From Desulfurivibrionaceae bacterium (lineage in GTDB: Bacteria; Desulfobacterota; Desulfobulbia; Desulfobulbales; SURF-16): a stretch of DNA of 44,205 bases. The notes under the pieces were generated by a model that was not told where the DNA came from, did not search any database, and worked only from the letters and a program-made list of their open reading frames with translations. A program made the position numbers and the translations under genes. The stretch lies in contig JBFFNX010000002.1 in NCBI GenBank assembly GCA_041562995.1, positions 1-44,205 of the forward strand, read 5' to 3'. This document shows positions 1 through 8,933 of this stretch, piece by piece; position 1 is the stretch's first letter, and each line of letters opens with the position of its first letter.

Positions 1-3
1 AAA

Positions 4-1200
4 ATGAGAGTTCCTCTTTTAGATTTAAATCCCCAGCTTGCTCCTATCCGGGAGGAGATATTGGCAGAAATTACCAGGGTGATGGACTCCTCCATGTACA
101 TCTTGGGCCCCGATGTTGCAAAATTTGAGAAAAATGTCGCGGCCTATTGCCAGTCTCAGAGAGGGATCGGCGTTTCAAGCGGGACGGACGCCCTGTTATG
201 TGCCTTAATGGGCCTGGGGATTGGTCCCGGCGACAAGGTGCTCACCTCATCCTATTCTTTTTTTGCCACCATGGGTTCTGTCATGCGGCTTGGAGCCACA
301 CCGGTTTTTGCCGATATTGATCCCCAGACGTTTAATATTTCGCCTGAAAAAATCCGCGAGATCCTCCAGCAGGGTGATAAGGATATCAAGGCCATTATTC
401 CGGTTCATCTCTATGGCCAATGTGCAGCCATGGACGAGATTATGGCAATTGCCGCCGAGTATGATCTCCCTGTGGTTGAAGATGCAGCCCAGGCCATTGG
501 TGCCTGTTTTCCAGTTGCCGAGGGCGGCGGCGTTCGCTGGCAAAGGGCCGGGAGCTTTGGTGCTGCCGGCTGCTTTTCCTTCTTCCCCACCAAGAACCTT
601 GGCGGGATGGGCGATGGCGGCATGATAACGGTCCAGGATGAGGCATTTGGCGAAGAACTCGATGTGATCAGGGTCCATGGCGGTAAGCCGAAATATCACC
701 ATGGCGTTGTGGGCGGTAATTTTCGTCTTGACGCCATTCAGGCCGCTATTCTTGATGTTAAATTACGATATCTCCCCGACTGGCACCGGGGCAGAAGGGC
801 AAACGCTCAGACCTATGAGGCCCTGTTTGCAAAAACAGGACTTGTGGAAAAGGGCCTGATTCAGTTGCCGCAGGCCATATATAAGGAGTTTGCTGGCGAT
901 CCTGTTGATGGCGCAGATTATCATATCTATAATCAGTTTGTTATACGTGCCAAGGATCGCGACGGTTTGCGGGATTATCTTCTGCAGCACGATGTTGGCG
1001 TCGAGATCTATTACCCCGTACCTTTGCATCGCCAAGAATGCCTGGTGAAGAGCGGGTGGCAGGGACCGCCTTTGCCGGAGACCGATAAGGCTGCTGCCGA
1101 AACACTGGCGTTACCAATTTTTCCGGAACTCAGCGTGGAAATGTTGGAGTGTGTTGTTGACCGTATCCGGGGATTTTATCAGGATAAACGAATGGTGTAA
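4..1200 (+). CDS. DegT/DnrJ/EryC1/StrS-family PLP-dependent sugar aminotransferase
   Basis: 398-aa ORF. It has the family-typical N-terminus 'VPLLDLNPQ...IREEI' and the blocks 'GVSSGTDALLCALMGLGIGPGDKV' and 'PVFADIDPQTFNI'. 'SFFPTKNLGGMGDGG' matches the PLP-lysine context. Confidence 0.9.
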   Translation: MRVPLLDLNPQLAPIREEILAEITRVMDSSMYILGPDVAKFEKNVAAYCQSQRGIGVSSGTDALLCALMGLGIGPGDKVLTSSYSFFATMGSVMRLGATPVFADIDPQTFNISPEKIREILQQGDKDIKAIIPVHLYGQCAAMDEIMAIAAEYDLPVVEDAAQAIGACFPVAEGGGVRWQRAGSFGAAGCFSFFPTKNLGGMGDGGMITVQDEAFGEELDVIRVHGGKPKYHHGVVGGNFRLDAIQAAILDVKLRYLPDWHRGRRANAQTYEALFAKTGLVEKGLIQLPQAIYKEFAGDPVDGADYHIYNQFVIRAKDRDGLRDYLLQHDVGVEIYYPVPLHRQECLVKSGWQGPPLPETDKAAAETLALPIFPELSVEMLECVVDRIRGFYQDKRMV

Positions 1201-1275
1201 GATGATGAAGTCCGTTAGCAGTCCCAATGACCAGGAATGGCGTTGAGGCCATCTTTGGAAAATAATTTGAGAAAT

Positions 1276-1306
1276 AAAAAAAGAGGGACTCTGTTCCCTC
1301 TTTTTT
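1276..1306 (+). terminator. Rho-independent terminator after the aminotransferase gene
   Basis: AAGAGGGA (1281-1288) pairs with TCCCTCTT (1295-1302) around a 6-nt loop. A T-run follows. Confidence 0.6.
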
Positions 1307-4300
1307 GTTGATTGTCGTGCGAAAAATACTCATCATTCCCCTCTCTTTTATGGTCGTAATGCTCTTGCCCCTCTCTGGCATGGCAAGGTTGGACCAGACC
1401 CTGTCTGTTCTGGGGACAGCTATTGTCCCGGATCATCTTGTCTTCAGCGCTCTGACCGCGCAGGAGTGGTCAGCACAATGGATGGTTGCCAGGGAGTATG
1501 TTCGCAAGAGCCGGAGGGTCGAAGCCCTTAAGCTTTACAAGGAACTTCTCGCCAAGCGTCCGGAGCTGATCGAGGCAAGGTGGGAATGTGCCCAGCTTCT
1601 CCTGGCCATGGAGAGGTATGATGATGCCGAAGCAAATTTAGAGATTCTTCTGGAGACTAAACCAGACAATCTGTCATATCAAGAGTCCCAGGGCTTTCTC
1701 CTCCTTGCCACCGGCAGGACGCAACGGGCCGTTGTCTATCTTGCCAGAGTCTGGGCCAGGGATAATGAGAAATATGATGTGGGCATGCATCTTTATCAAA
1801 GCTATATGGACCTTGGTGAAACGGTAAAGGCACTGTCGGTGCTGGAAGTTCTGCACCAAAAAAAACCGGATAACCTTGATCTGCAGAAGGCATTGTTTCG
1901 TCTCTATATTGATGTGGGGAATGATCAACAGGCCCAGGCTCTTGGGGCATCCCTGGCAAATGCAAAAGATTCCTCTTTTGAACTCATTCTTCTTGTCGCC
2001 CAGGTTCATGATCGCCTAGGACTTACTCATCTTGCCGCTGAATACTGGCAAAAAATCATTGCTCTGCAGCCAGATTACTCTCCAGCTCACGCCCACCTTG
2101 CCGAGTATTATAGCAGCCAGGGCCGTGAGGCCGAGGCCCTTCCCCATCTTTTGCACGGGTACAATAAGGATACCGGCAACAGCATATTGGCCGGGCGTAT
2201 AGGCGCCATCTATGCCGGTCAGAATAATTATGGGCAGGCAATCCCCTTTCTTGAGCAGTTTCTCGCAGCCTCTCCGAATGATGCCGGGATGAATCTTGTG
2301 CTCGCCCAAAGCTATAAAGCCACCGGAGACCTGGACCAGAGCAGTCGATTGTTCAGCCACTATCTTGACCTCGTTAAAGAGCCTGCGGATGAAATTCGTC
2401 TGCAGGCGGCCCTGGTCTTTATGGAAACGGGAGATAAAAAGAAGGCGGTTGCCCAGTATCAGAATCTTGTTGCTCAAGGAGGGGATGGCGAAAAACATCT
2501 GGTGAGTTTGGCCAAAAATCTCGCCGCGACAGGTCGTTATGATGAAGCCCTGGCAAGATGGCAACAACTGGCGGCCAGCCAGCCTGCGGATTTGGAGAGT
2601 CGTCTTGAAATTGTCTTTCTTTTAGACAAACTGGGGCGCTTGGAGGAGATGGTTGCCATGCTCCAAGAAATCCATGCGCTTGATGCCACCAATTATCTCG
2701 TGAGTTTGAAGTTGGCCGAGTATTATTTCCAGCAAGGGCGCAATGAGGAAGGGTGGCAGCTTTTTACCCCCCTGCTGGAGATGGAGTTTTTCTCCCCTGA
2801 TTTTTTGGCTATCCGGGCCCGTATCTTATATTTTCTCGGCCTGCCCGGGCATGCCTTTAAGGACATGGCAGAGGTTGTCGCAAAGGATAATGCGGCTGAT
2901 CGAGACCGTTTGACCTTTCTTGATATTGCCGGGGCCTTGGGGCGGCTTGATGTTGTCAGCGAGCAGGCTGCCAGGCTTGTTGATAAGGTGCTCTTTCACA
3001 TGTCTGCCAGCAGACTTGTCTATGCCCGGGCCTTGGGCCGGGTCGGTGAAATTGACCAGGCCGAGATGGTTTATGCCGGCCTGGTGGCGGAAGATGATGC
3101 TACATATCAGCTCCAGGCCCGGCTTGATAGCGCCGAGATGTATCGACTCTATGGCTTTTTCCATGAGGCCGAGCAGCAATATCGACTAGCCTGGCTTGCT
3201 GGTCATGATCCCCGTGCCCTTTTTGAGTTAGTGGATTTGAAGCTCTTTCTCGGTCAGGTGCGTGACGCCGAATCCTGGCTTGATGCCATCCCCGCTCAAC
3301 CCGGCAAATATCGTTGTCAACAGGCACTTTCCGAGCTGCGAGTTCTCAATGCCCTGGATGAATTTGAAGATGCCCTGTTTTTAGGAAAGCATCTTCTCTC
3401 TGATTCATCCGGCCCAATGTGTTCGCCAAAACAGCGTACTGCCATAAGTATCGAGATGGCCAGGTCCCATTTCAGAGAGGGTGATGATGACCTGAGTTTG
3501 CCTATTCTGACCTCCCTGGCAAATGACGAAAATAGGCAATTGTTAGCCCTTGTTCATCTCTTCCAATTTCATAAGGAGATGGGGGATGAGGAGATGGCCA
3601 AGACTATAATCGACCAGATCCTGGAAAGAGCTGGGGACGACGCCGGCCTGCTGGAAAACTTGATGGAGGTCGCCCTTCAAGAGCATCTCTACACCCTGGC
3701 AAGCGCTGCTGGCAGGCAATTACGCGACACCGTGCCGCACTCGTTTGGCTATCTGCTGCGCTTTATTCGAGTTCTTGAGCTTAACGGGGAGTTGGATGAG
3801 GCATATAACCTTGCCAGTAAGATGCTGGTGGATCATGGAGACAATGCCTTACTCAATCTTTTCGGGTCCAGGCTGGCGCTCTCCTCTGGGCATTACGAGC
3901 AAGGGCTGGCAATGGCTGATAAGGCCCTTTCGCAAAAGCCTGATTGGTATGCTGCCCTTGTGGTTAAGGCCCGCTTGCAATGGGCGCTCTTTCACTGGCC
4001 GGAAGCCATTGCTATCTATGCTCAGGCAACCACACCGCCGGTCCAGCAGCTTTTTTTGGAGCAATGCGCGGAGAAGAAGATTGCCCTGCCTGTCCATGAA
4101 GAACACAGTCTATGGCTGAAGATGACTCAACCCATGGGCAGGTCAGATATCCTCCAAAGGAGTCTTGCTGCCGATTTTGTTATGAGCGGCAATTATGAGG
4201 CTGTCGCCTGGCAAGCCGCGGGTTTTTATAGTGGTTATAAGTGGCAGATGTTGTTGAACCGTGAGCTTGCCGCTCGCAATTCCGTCAAGAGAAGAGAGTA

Positions 4301-5411
4301 TCACCATGCCGTCAAACAGTATAAAGCCCTGATCAAGAACCAAGACGACACCACCTTACTATTTGACCTTGCCGGTGTTTACAGTAGTCTTGATCGTGTT
4401 GGTGATGAGGCCATGGTTTATCAGCGTCTACAGAAATATAACCCTGATTTTCCAGGGCTCAATGATGCAATAAGTAGAAATCGTCTCAAGCTGCAACCGC
4501 AAACAGGGGCCTTTTATTCCCATTTATATAAAAAAGGCAGGGATGGCTATTATGATTTGACACAAAATGTGTTTGGCCTCTCCGGCTGGTTTTCTCCTAA
4601 GCCGCAAAAGGAAATAAAGGTATCTGCTGCCCGGATCCATTATGAATCGCCAACGTCCCATGCCGGCTTTTATGGCAAGAGAGTCGATATTCATCTGGCG
4701 AGTAATTTCTTTGATTATTTGCAGTTTCAGGCTACTGTCGGTGGCCATGTCCTAAGCGGTGACCGGTCCAGCGTTGGAGTGTATGATTTCAGTGCCACCG
4801 GGCTTGCTGGAGATCGTTTCGAGAGTTATGTTGGTATTAAGCGGCAAATTGTTAGCGATACACTGGCCAGTGTTGACCGGGGCTTGATGGCTCAAGTGTA
4901 TGAGGCCCGCGCCGAGCTTGATCTTATGCCCCGTCTTCAGGCCGGTGGCGAGCTTAGACGGACAGAGTATTCGGACGACAATGAGATCAATGGCTATTCC
5001 ATCTGGTTTTCATCAATCCTGTTACCGGAGCCGCATTTTCTTAAGGCAACATTTCTGTACGAATTCCTAGATGCCCAGGAACAAAATGAGGCAATAGGGG
5101 TGCCCCTTAGTGACGGTTTCAGCGCAGAAGACCGCCCCTACTGGTCGCCTGAGCGTTATTGGCGCAATCATTTTTCCTTAAATTATAAGTATAAGTTCTC
5201 CGATGATGTCCTGGGCCGCTCTACCCCCAGTTTTTTTACGGCTGGATATGGTTTTTCATATGATGTGGAACAAAATGCCCTACAGACTCTCCAGGCGGGA
5301 TTAAATATAGAGATCAGTAACGCTTGGATTCTTAAGGTCGAAACAGAGGTTGAGGAATCTTCGAGCTACCGAACACGGGATATATTTGGCACACTCCTTT
5401 ATCGGTGGTAA
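1305..5411 (+). CDS. Large secreted TPR-repeat protein with C-terminal outer-membrane beta-barrel-like domain (BcsC/PgaA/PelB-like architecture)
   Basis: 1368-aa ORF. The TTG at 1305 overlaps the upstream terminator, so GTG at 1317 (M-RK-ILIIPLSFMVVMLLPLSG-MA signal peptide) is the more likely start. About 1000 aa of TPR-like helical repeats ('ALKLYKELLAKRPELIEARWECAQLL...') are followed by roughly 330 aa with alternating hydrophobic beta-strand patterns. The protein ends in '...GTLLYRW', an aromatic OMP-type C-terminus. Confidence 0.7.
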   Translation: MLIVVRKILIIPLSFMVVMLLPLSGMARLDQTLSVLGTAIVPDHLVFSALTAQEWSAQWMVAREYVRKSRRVEALKLYKELLAKRPELIEARWECAQLLLAMERYDDAEANLEILLETKPDNLSYQESQGFLLLATGRTQRAVVYLARVWARDNEKYDVGMHLYQSYMDLGETVKALSVLEVLHQKKPDNLDLQKALFRLYIDVGNDQQAQALGASLANAKDSSFELILLVAQVHDRLGLTHLAAEYWQKIIALQPDYSPAHAHLAEYYSSQGREAEALPHLLHGYNKDTGNSILAGRIGAIYAGQNNYGQAIPFLEQFLAASPNDAGMNLVLAQSYKATGDLDQSSRLFSHYLDLVKEPADEIRLQAALVFMETGDKKKAVAQYQNLVAQGGDGEKHLVSLAKNLAATGRYDEALARWQQLAASQPADLESRLEIVFLLDKLGRLEEMVAMLQEIHALDATNYLVSLKLAEYYFQQGRNEEGWQLFTPLLEMEFFSPDFLAIRARILYFLGLPGHAFKDMAEVVAKDNAADRDRLTFLDIAGALGRLDVVSEQAARLVDKVLFHMSASRLVYARALGRVGEIDQAEMVYAGLVAEDDATYQLQARLDSAEMYRLYGFFHEAEQQYRLAWLAGHDPRALFELVDLKLFLGQVRDAESWLDAIPAQPGKYRCQQALSELRVLNALDEFEDALFLGKHLLSDSSGPMCSPKQRTAISIEMARSHFREGDDDLSLPILTSLANDENRQLLALVHLFQFHKEMGDEEMAKTIIDQILERAGDDAGLLENLMEVALQEHLYTLASAAGRQLRDTVPHSFGYLLRFIRVLELNGELDEAYNLASKMLVDHGDNALLNLFGSRLALSSGHYEQGLAMADKALSQKPDWYAALVVKARLQWALFHWPEAIAIYAQATTPPVQQLFLEQCAEKKIALPVHEEHSLWLKMTQPMGRSDILQRSLAADFVMSGNYEAVAWQAAGFYSGYKWQMLLNRELAARNSVKRREYHHAVKQYKALIKNQDDTTLLFDLAGVYSSLDRVGDEAMVYQRLQKYNPDFPGLNDAISRNRLKLQPQTGAFYSHLYKKGRDGYYDLTQNVFGLSGWFSPKPQKEIKVSAARIHYESPTSHAGFYGKRVDIHLASNFFDYLQFQATVGGHVLSGDRSSVGVYDFSATGLAGDRFESYVGIKRQIVSDTLASVDRGLMAQVYEARAELDLMPRLQAGGELRRTEYSDDNEINGYSIWFSSILLPEPHFLKATFLYEFLDAQEQNEAIGVPLSDGFSAEDRPYWSPERYWRNHFSLNYKYKFSDDVLGRSTPSFFTAGYGFSYDVEQNALQTLQAGLNIEISNAWILKVETEVEESSSYRTRDIFGTLLYRW

Positions 5412-5530
5412 TGCAATGAGATCGTTTTTTATAGTGGATAGTTGGTATGTTCAGGTCTAATCAGCTTTAAGTATTAGGTCAGGAAATTTAGGGTCGGCTT
5501 ATGGCCTAAGGATATATGGAGGAAGAAGTG

Positions 5531-6016
5531 ATGGTAGAACGTGTACCAATGTCAAAAACAGGACATGCTTGCCTTAAGGCAGAGTTGGCACGCCTGCAGA
5601 GTAAAGATCGCATCGAGGTGATTAGATCCATTGAAGTCGCCCTCGGCCATGGTGATCTTAAGGAAAATGCCGAGTATCATGCCGCTAAAGAGCGACAGAG
5701 TCATATCGAAGGACGGATTCTTGAGTTGAAAGACAAGATCGGTCGCTCTGAAGTGATTGACTGTACCAAGGTTGATACCGAAAGGGTTGTGTTTGGAACC
5801 AAGGTGACCGTGGTGGATCTTGATAGCGATGACGAGGTAACCTATTGGCTGGTCGGGGCTGATGAGGCCGATGTCAAAGAAGGGAGTATCTCGGTCATGT
5901 CTCCTTGGGGCCGTGCCTTGATAGGTAAAGAAGAGGGCGACGAGGTTGTGGTGAAAACTCCGAAAGGAATTATGAACCTTGAAATTGTCGCCATTAATCC
6001 CGGTGATATTCCTTAA
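5531..6016 (+). CDS. greA: Transcription elongation factor GreA
   Basis: 'GDLKENAEYHAAKERQSHIEGRI' is the GreA coiled-coil signature. Start chosen at ATG 5531 because GGAGG lies 8 nt upstream; the ORF track begins at 5516. Confidence 0.93.
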   Translation: MVERVPMSKTGHACLKAELARLQSKDRIEVIRSIEVALGHGDLKENAEYHAAKERQSHIEGRILELKDKIGRSEVIDCTKVDTERVVFGTKVTVVDLDSDDEVTYWLVGADEADVKEGSISVMSPWGRALIGKEEGDEVVVKTPKGIMNLEIVAINPGDIP

Positions 6017-6042
6017 AATATCTGGGAAATGGTATTGACTGG

Positions 6043-6079
6043 AAAAAGGGGGTGAACTATTCGGTTCTACCCCTTTTTT
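6043..6079. terminator. Bidirectional rho-independent terminator between greA and the TetR gene
   Basis: GGGGTGAAC (6049-6057) pairs with GTTC(T)ACCCC (6064-6073) with one bulge. An A-run lies upstream and a T-run downstream. The structure overlaps the TetR stop codon. Confidence 0.55.
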
Positions 6080-6671
6080 AAGGCGCAGAAGACTTTTTGA
6101 GGCCAGTTAAGAAGAGGGCGCAGACCTGGTGGGCGGTTTCTTCAATGGTGTAATGGGGGGCGTCATCCAGCACCCAGAGCCTGGACATCTCATCCAATGC
6201 CCCGAAGATAGCTCTCTTGGCAATACCTGGTGAAATATCTGCATTAAAGATCCCCATATCCTGGCCCTGATGGATGATTGCTGAAATAATGTCAATATAT
6301 TCAATGAATTTTGTGTTGCGATACTCTTTCATGAATTTATTACTCTGCCTGAGTTCCATCTGTAACACTTCGGCCAGATCTTTTTTATCTTCAAGAAGTA
6401 ACAGGTGGTGTTTGGCGAAAATGAGGAGTTTTTTGCAGGGATCGTCCTCTTTTTCAAGCAGAATTTTGACCTGAAGAATGATCTTGCCGATCTCATCCTC
6501 AAACAGCGAAATCAGAATGTCGTACTTGTTATTGAAGTAGAGATAGATGGTGCCGTCCGCCACCTTTGCCTCTTTGGCAATATCTGATATGCGGGCATTA
6601 AAAAAGCCTTTCCTGGCAAAGACTTTGACGGCTGCCTGGGTGATCTTGCTATGTTTGTCTGAAACTCGCAT
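6078..6671 (-). CDS. TetR/AcrR-family transcriptional regulator
   Basis: The N-terminal HTH 'ITQAAVKVFARKGFFNARISDIAKEAKVADGTIYLYFNNKYDIL' is typical of TetR_N. ATG at 6671; an alternative GTG is at 6674. Confidence 0.85.
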   Translation of the reverse strand: MRVSDKHSKITQAAVKVFARKGFFNARISDIAKEAKVADGTIYLYFNNKYDILISLFEDEIGKIILQVKILLEKEDDPCKKLLIFAKHHLLLLEDKKDLAEVLQMELRQSNKFMKEYRNTKFIEYIDIISAIIHQGQDMGIFNADISPGIAKRAIFGALDEMSRLWVLDDAPHYTIEETAHQVCALFLTGLKKSSAP

Positions 6672-6859
6672 CACTTTATATGCTGTATTTTATCCCCTTC
6701 TTTTACTTGCACAATGCAAGGCAAAATGGGGCTAAAAACTAATTTAAATTAACATGTTGCCAATATTGGTAAGGGTGAAAATGTGCTGGTAGGTAGTTGG
6801 CTAAAATCACTGGTTACGTAATTTTAACTGAAAATATTGGTGATGAAAAAAATACTAAT

Positions 6860-6875
6860 ATGAATAGGTATTCAT
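6860..6875. promoter_or_regulatory. Perfect palindrome ATGAATA-GG-TATTCAT (candidate operator)
   Basis: 7-bp perfect inverted arms seen directly in the AT-rich TetR/purD divergent spacer. The binding protein is unknown. Confidence 0.3.
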
Positions 6876-6968
6876 TATTGATGTTATGATAGATACGCTG
6901 CAGCTCTGTGTCAAGAAAAATGTCGTCTCAAGTGTGGCCATAATGGTCGCACTTAGTGCGACTCTGGC

Positions 6969-6998
6969 TTGACAGTGGCGGGGTCGCTTGGGTAATGT
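6969..6998 (+). promoter_or_regulatory. Candidate sigma-70-type promoter for purD operon
   Basis: TTGACA (6969-6974), 18-nt spacer, TAATGT (6993-6998). It lies about 135 nt upstream of the purD ATG. Confidence 0.3.
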
Positions 6999-7062
6999 GC
7001 TGCTGATTTTTTTAAAAAAAGTTAAAAAGAGCAGCCGTAACTGACAGAAAAAGAGAAACCAG

Positions 7063-7081
7063 GCTGAAATTAAATTTCAGC
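7063..7081. promoter_or_regulatory. Perfect inverted repeat GCTGAAAT-TAA-ATTTCAGC in purD leader
   Basis: 8-bp perfect arms, 53 nt upstream of the purD start. It could be an operator or a leader hairpin. Confidence 0.3.
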
Positions 7082-7133
7082 GGCCAGGGCAGGTATATGT
7101 CCGGTTTTGGTAATATTGCTTAGGAGAGTAGAG

Positions 7134-8414
7134 ATGAAGGTATTGGTGATTGGATCTGGAGGTCGTGAGCATGCCCTGGTCTGGAAGCTGGCGCAGAGTC
7201 CTAAGGTTACAGAAATATTTTGTGCCCCTGGTAACGGTGGAATTGCCACGATGGCCCAATGTGTACCGGTTGCTGCCGACGACATGGCCGGGCTTCTCAC
7301 CTTTGCCAAGGACAAGGCCATAGATTTGACGTTGGTTGGGCCTGAAGTGTCACTGACCCTTGGTATTGTCGATCTCTTTCAAGATGAGGGCTTGCGGATC
7401 TTTGGACCAAACAAGAAGGCGGCTGCCCTTGAAGGCAGTAAGGTGTTTATGAAAGAACTGTTGGCCAAGTACAATATCCCATCTGCTCAATTCGCCTCTT
7501 TTACTAACCGTGACCAGGCCATGGCCTATATTGACAAAATTGGCGTTCCCCTCGTTGTAAAGGCCGATGGTCTGGCCGCCGGCAAAGGAGTACTTGTCTG
7601 CCATGAACTCTCTGAGGCCAGGGAGGCCGTGGATCTGGTTATGACAGAACGGGCCTTTGGTGATGCCGGGAACGAAGTCATTGTCGAAGAGTTTTTGCCT
7701 GGAGAAGAGGCCTCCTTTATTGCCTTTACCGACGGCAAGACGATACTTCCTTTGCCGACCTCCCAAGATCATAAGGCCGTTTATGATGGCGACACCGGAC
7801 CCAATACCGGCGGCATGGGTGCCTACTCCCCGGCGCCGGTGGTCACTCCTGAGTTGCATGAGCAGGTGATGGAAAAGGTCATGATGGCCACGGTCAAGGC
7901 CCTGGCTGCAGAAGGCTGTCCTTATAAGGGTATGCTTTATGCCGGTTTGATGATACGTGACGGCGTGGCAAAGGTTCTTGAGTTTAACTGTCGTTTTGGT
8001 GATCCTGAGGCCCAACCTCTGCTCATGCGCCTTAACAACGATCTTGTTGATGTGGTTGAGGCGGTTATTGACGGTAATCTTGGGTCAATCACCCTTGATA
8101 TTGACCCAAGGCCGACAGTGTGTGTGGTAATGGCCTCAGGTGGCTACCCTGGATCCTATACCAAGGGCTATCCTATTGCCGGTCTTGACAAGGCTGGGGA
8201 GCAAAAGGATGTGGTGGTCTTCCACGCCGGCACTGCCGAGGATAAGGGGATCCTGGTAAATTCAGGCGGCCGCGTTCTCGGGGTTACGGCAATTGATGAG
8301 GATTTGGAAAATGCCATCAGCAAGGCCTATACTGTTGTGAACATGATCCATTGGCAAGATTGTTATTTCAGACGTGATATCGGCCAAAAGGCCCTGCGTC
8401 GTACTAAGTCATAG
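7134..8414 (+). CDS. purD: Phosphoribosylamine--glycine ligase
   Basis: 'MKVLVIGSGGREHALVWKLAQS' at the N-terminus, and an ATP-grasp core 'VVKADGLAAGKGV' ... 'GPNTGGMGAYSP'. Start chosen at the ATG giving MKVLVIG. Confidence 0.95.
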   Translation: MKVLVIGSGGREHALVWKLAQSPKVTEIFCAPGNGGIATMAQCVPVAADDMAGLLTFAKDKAIDLTLVGPEVSLTLGIVDLFQDEGLRIFGPNKKAAALEGSKVFMKELLAKYNIPSAQFASFTNRDQAMAYIDKIGVPLVVKADGLAAGKGVLVCHELSEAREAVDLVMTERAFGDAGNEVIVEEFLPGEEASFIAFTDGKTILPLPTSQDHKAVYDGDTGPNTGGMGAYSPAPVVTPELHEQVMEKVMMATVKALAAEGCPYKGMLYAGLMIRDGVAKVLEFNCRFGDPEAQPLLMRLNNDLVDVVEAVIDGNLGSITLDIDPRPTVCVVMASGGYPGSYTKGYPIAGLDKAGEQKDVVVFHAGTAEDKGILVNSGGRVLGVTAIDEDLENAISKAYTVVNMIHWQDCYFRRDIGQKALRRTKS

Positions 8415-8429
8415 GTTGAGGAGAAGAAA

Positions 8430-8927
8430 ATGGCAAATGAGACAAAAGTTGGCATCATCATGGGCAGTGATTCTGATTTACCTATTATGATGGCGGCCGT
8501 GGATTTTTTAAAGAAGATGGACGTTGCCTACGAGATAACTGTGGCTTCCGCCCATCGCACTCCAGCCCGGGCAGCTGAGTTTGCCGAGACCGCTCGCGCT
8601 CGTGGTGTGAAAGTTATTATTGCCGGTGCTGGCATGGCAGCTCATCTTGCCGGGGTGTTGGCAGCCCATACCACAGTCCCGGTGATTGGCGTCCCAATTG
8701 ATTCCTCGTCCTTAAAAGGCATGGATTCTCTCTTGGCGACCGTGCAGATGCCGCCGGGAATCCCTGTTGCCACCATGGCTATTGGTAAGGCTGGGGCAAA
8801 AAACGGCGCTATTCTCGCCTGCCAGATTCTGGCTGTTTCTGATGGGGTAATGGCTCAAAAGCTTGCTGATTTTAAAGCGGAAATGGCGGCGGAGGTTGAC
8901 GAAAAGGCGCGGAACCTGAACGTCTAA
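8430..8927 (+). CDS. purE: N5-carboxyaminoimidazole ribonucleotide mutase (class I PurE-like)
   Basis: 'VGIIMGSDSDLPIM', 'SAHRTP' and 'IAGAGMAAHLAGVLAAHTTVPVIGVP' match PurE. A GAGGAG SD precedes the start. Confidence 0.93.
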   Translation: MANETKVGIIMGSDSDLPIMMAAVDFLKKMDVAYEITVASAHRTPARAAEFAETARARGVKVIIAGAGMAAHLAGVLAAHTTVPVIGVPIDSSSLKGMDSLLATVQMPPGIPVATMAIGKAGAKNGAILACQILAVSDGVMAQKLADFKAEMAAEVDEKARNLNV

Positions 8928-8933
8928 AGGTTT

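Noticed and set aside
221-859. Several 60-151-aa ORFs (both strands) inside the DegT aminotransferase gene
   Set aside because: They are fully embedded in a well-supported 398-aa CDS. Their translations are Pro/Arg/Ser-rich and low complexity, with no motifs. These are typical shadow ORFs.
6930-7000. Possible ZTP (pfl) riboswitch upstream of purD
   Set aside because: 'GACTCTGGC...GTGGCGGGG...CGCTTGGGTA' only loosely resembles the conserved ACUGGCG ... CCGCCUGGGC cores, with several mismatches in invariant positions. A covariance-model scan (Rfam pfl/ZTP) would be decisive.
7350-8015. 221-aa minus-strand ORF
   Set aside because: It is antisense to purD, which has unambiguous motifs. There is no SD or domain signature.
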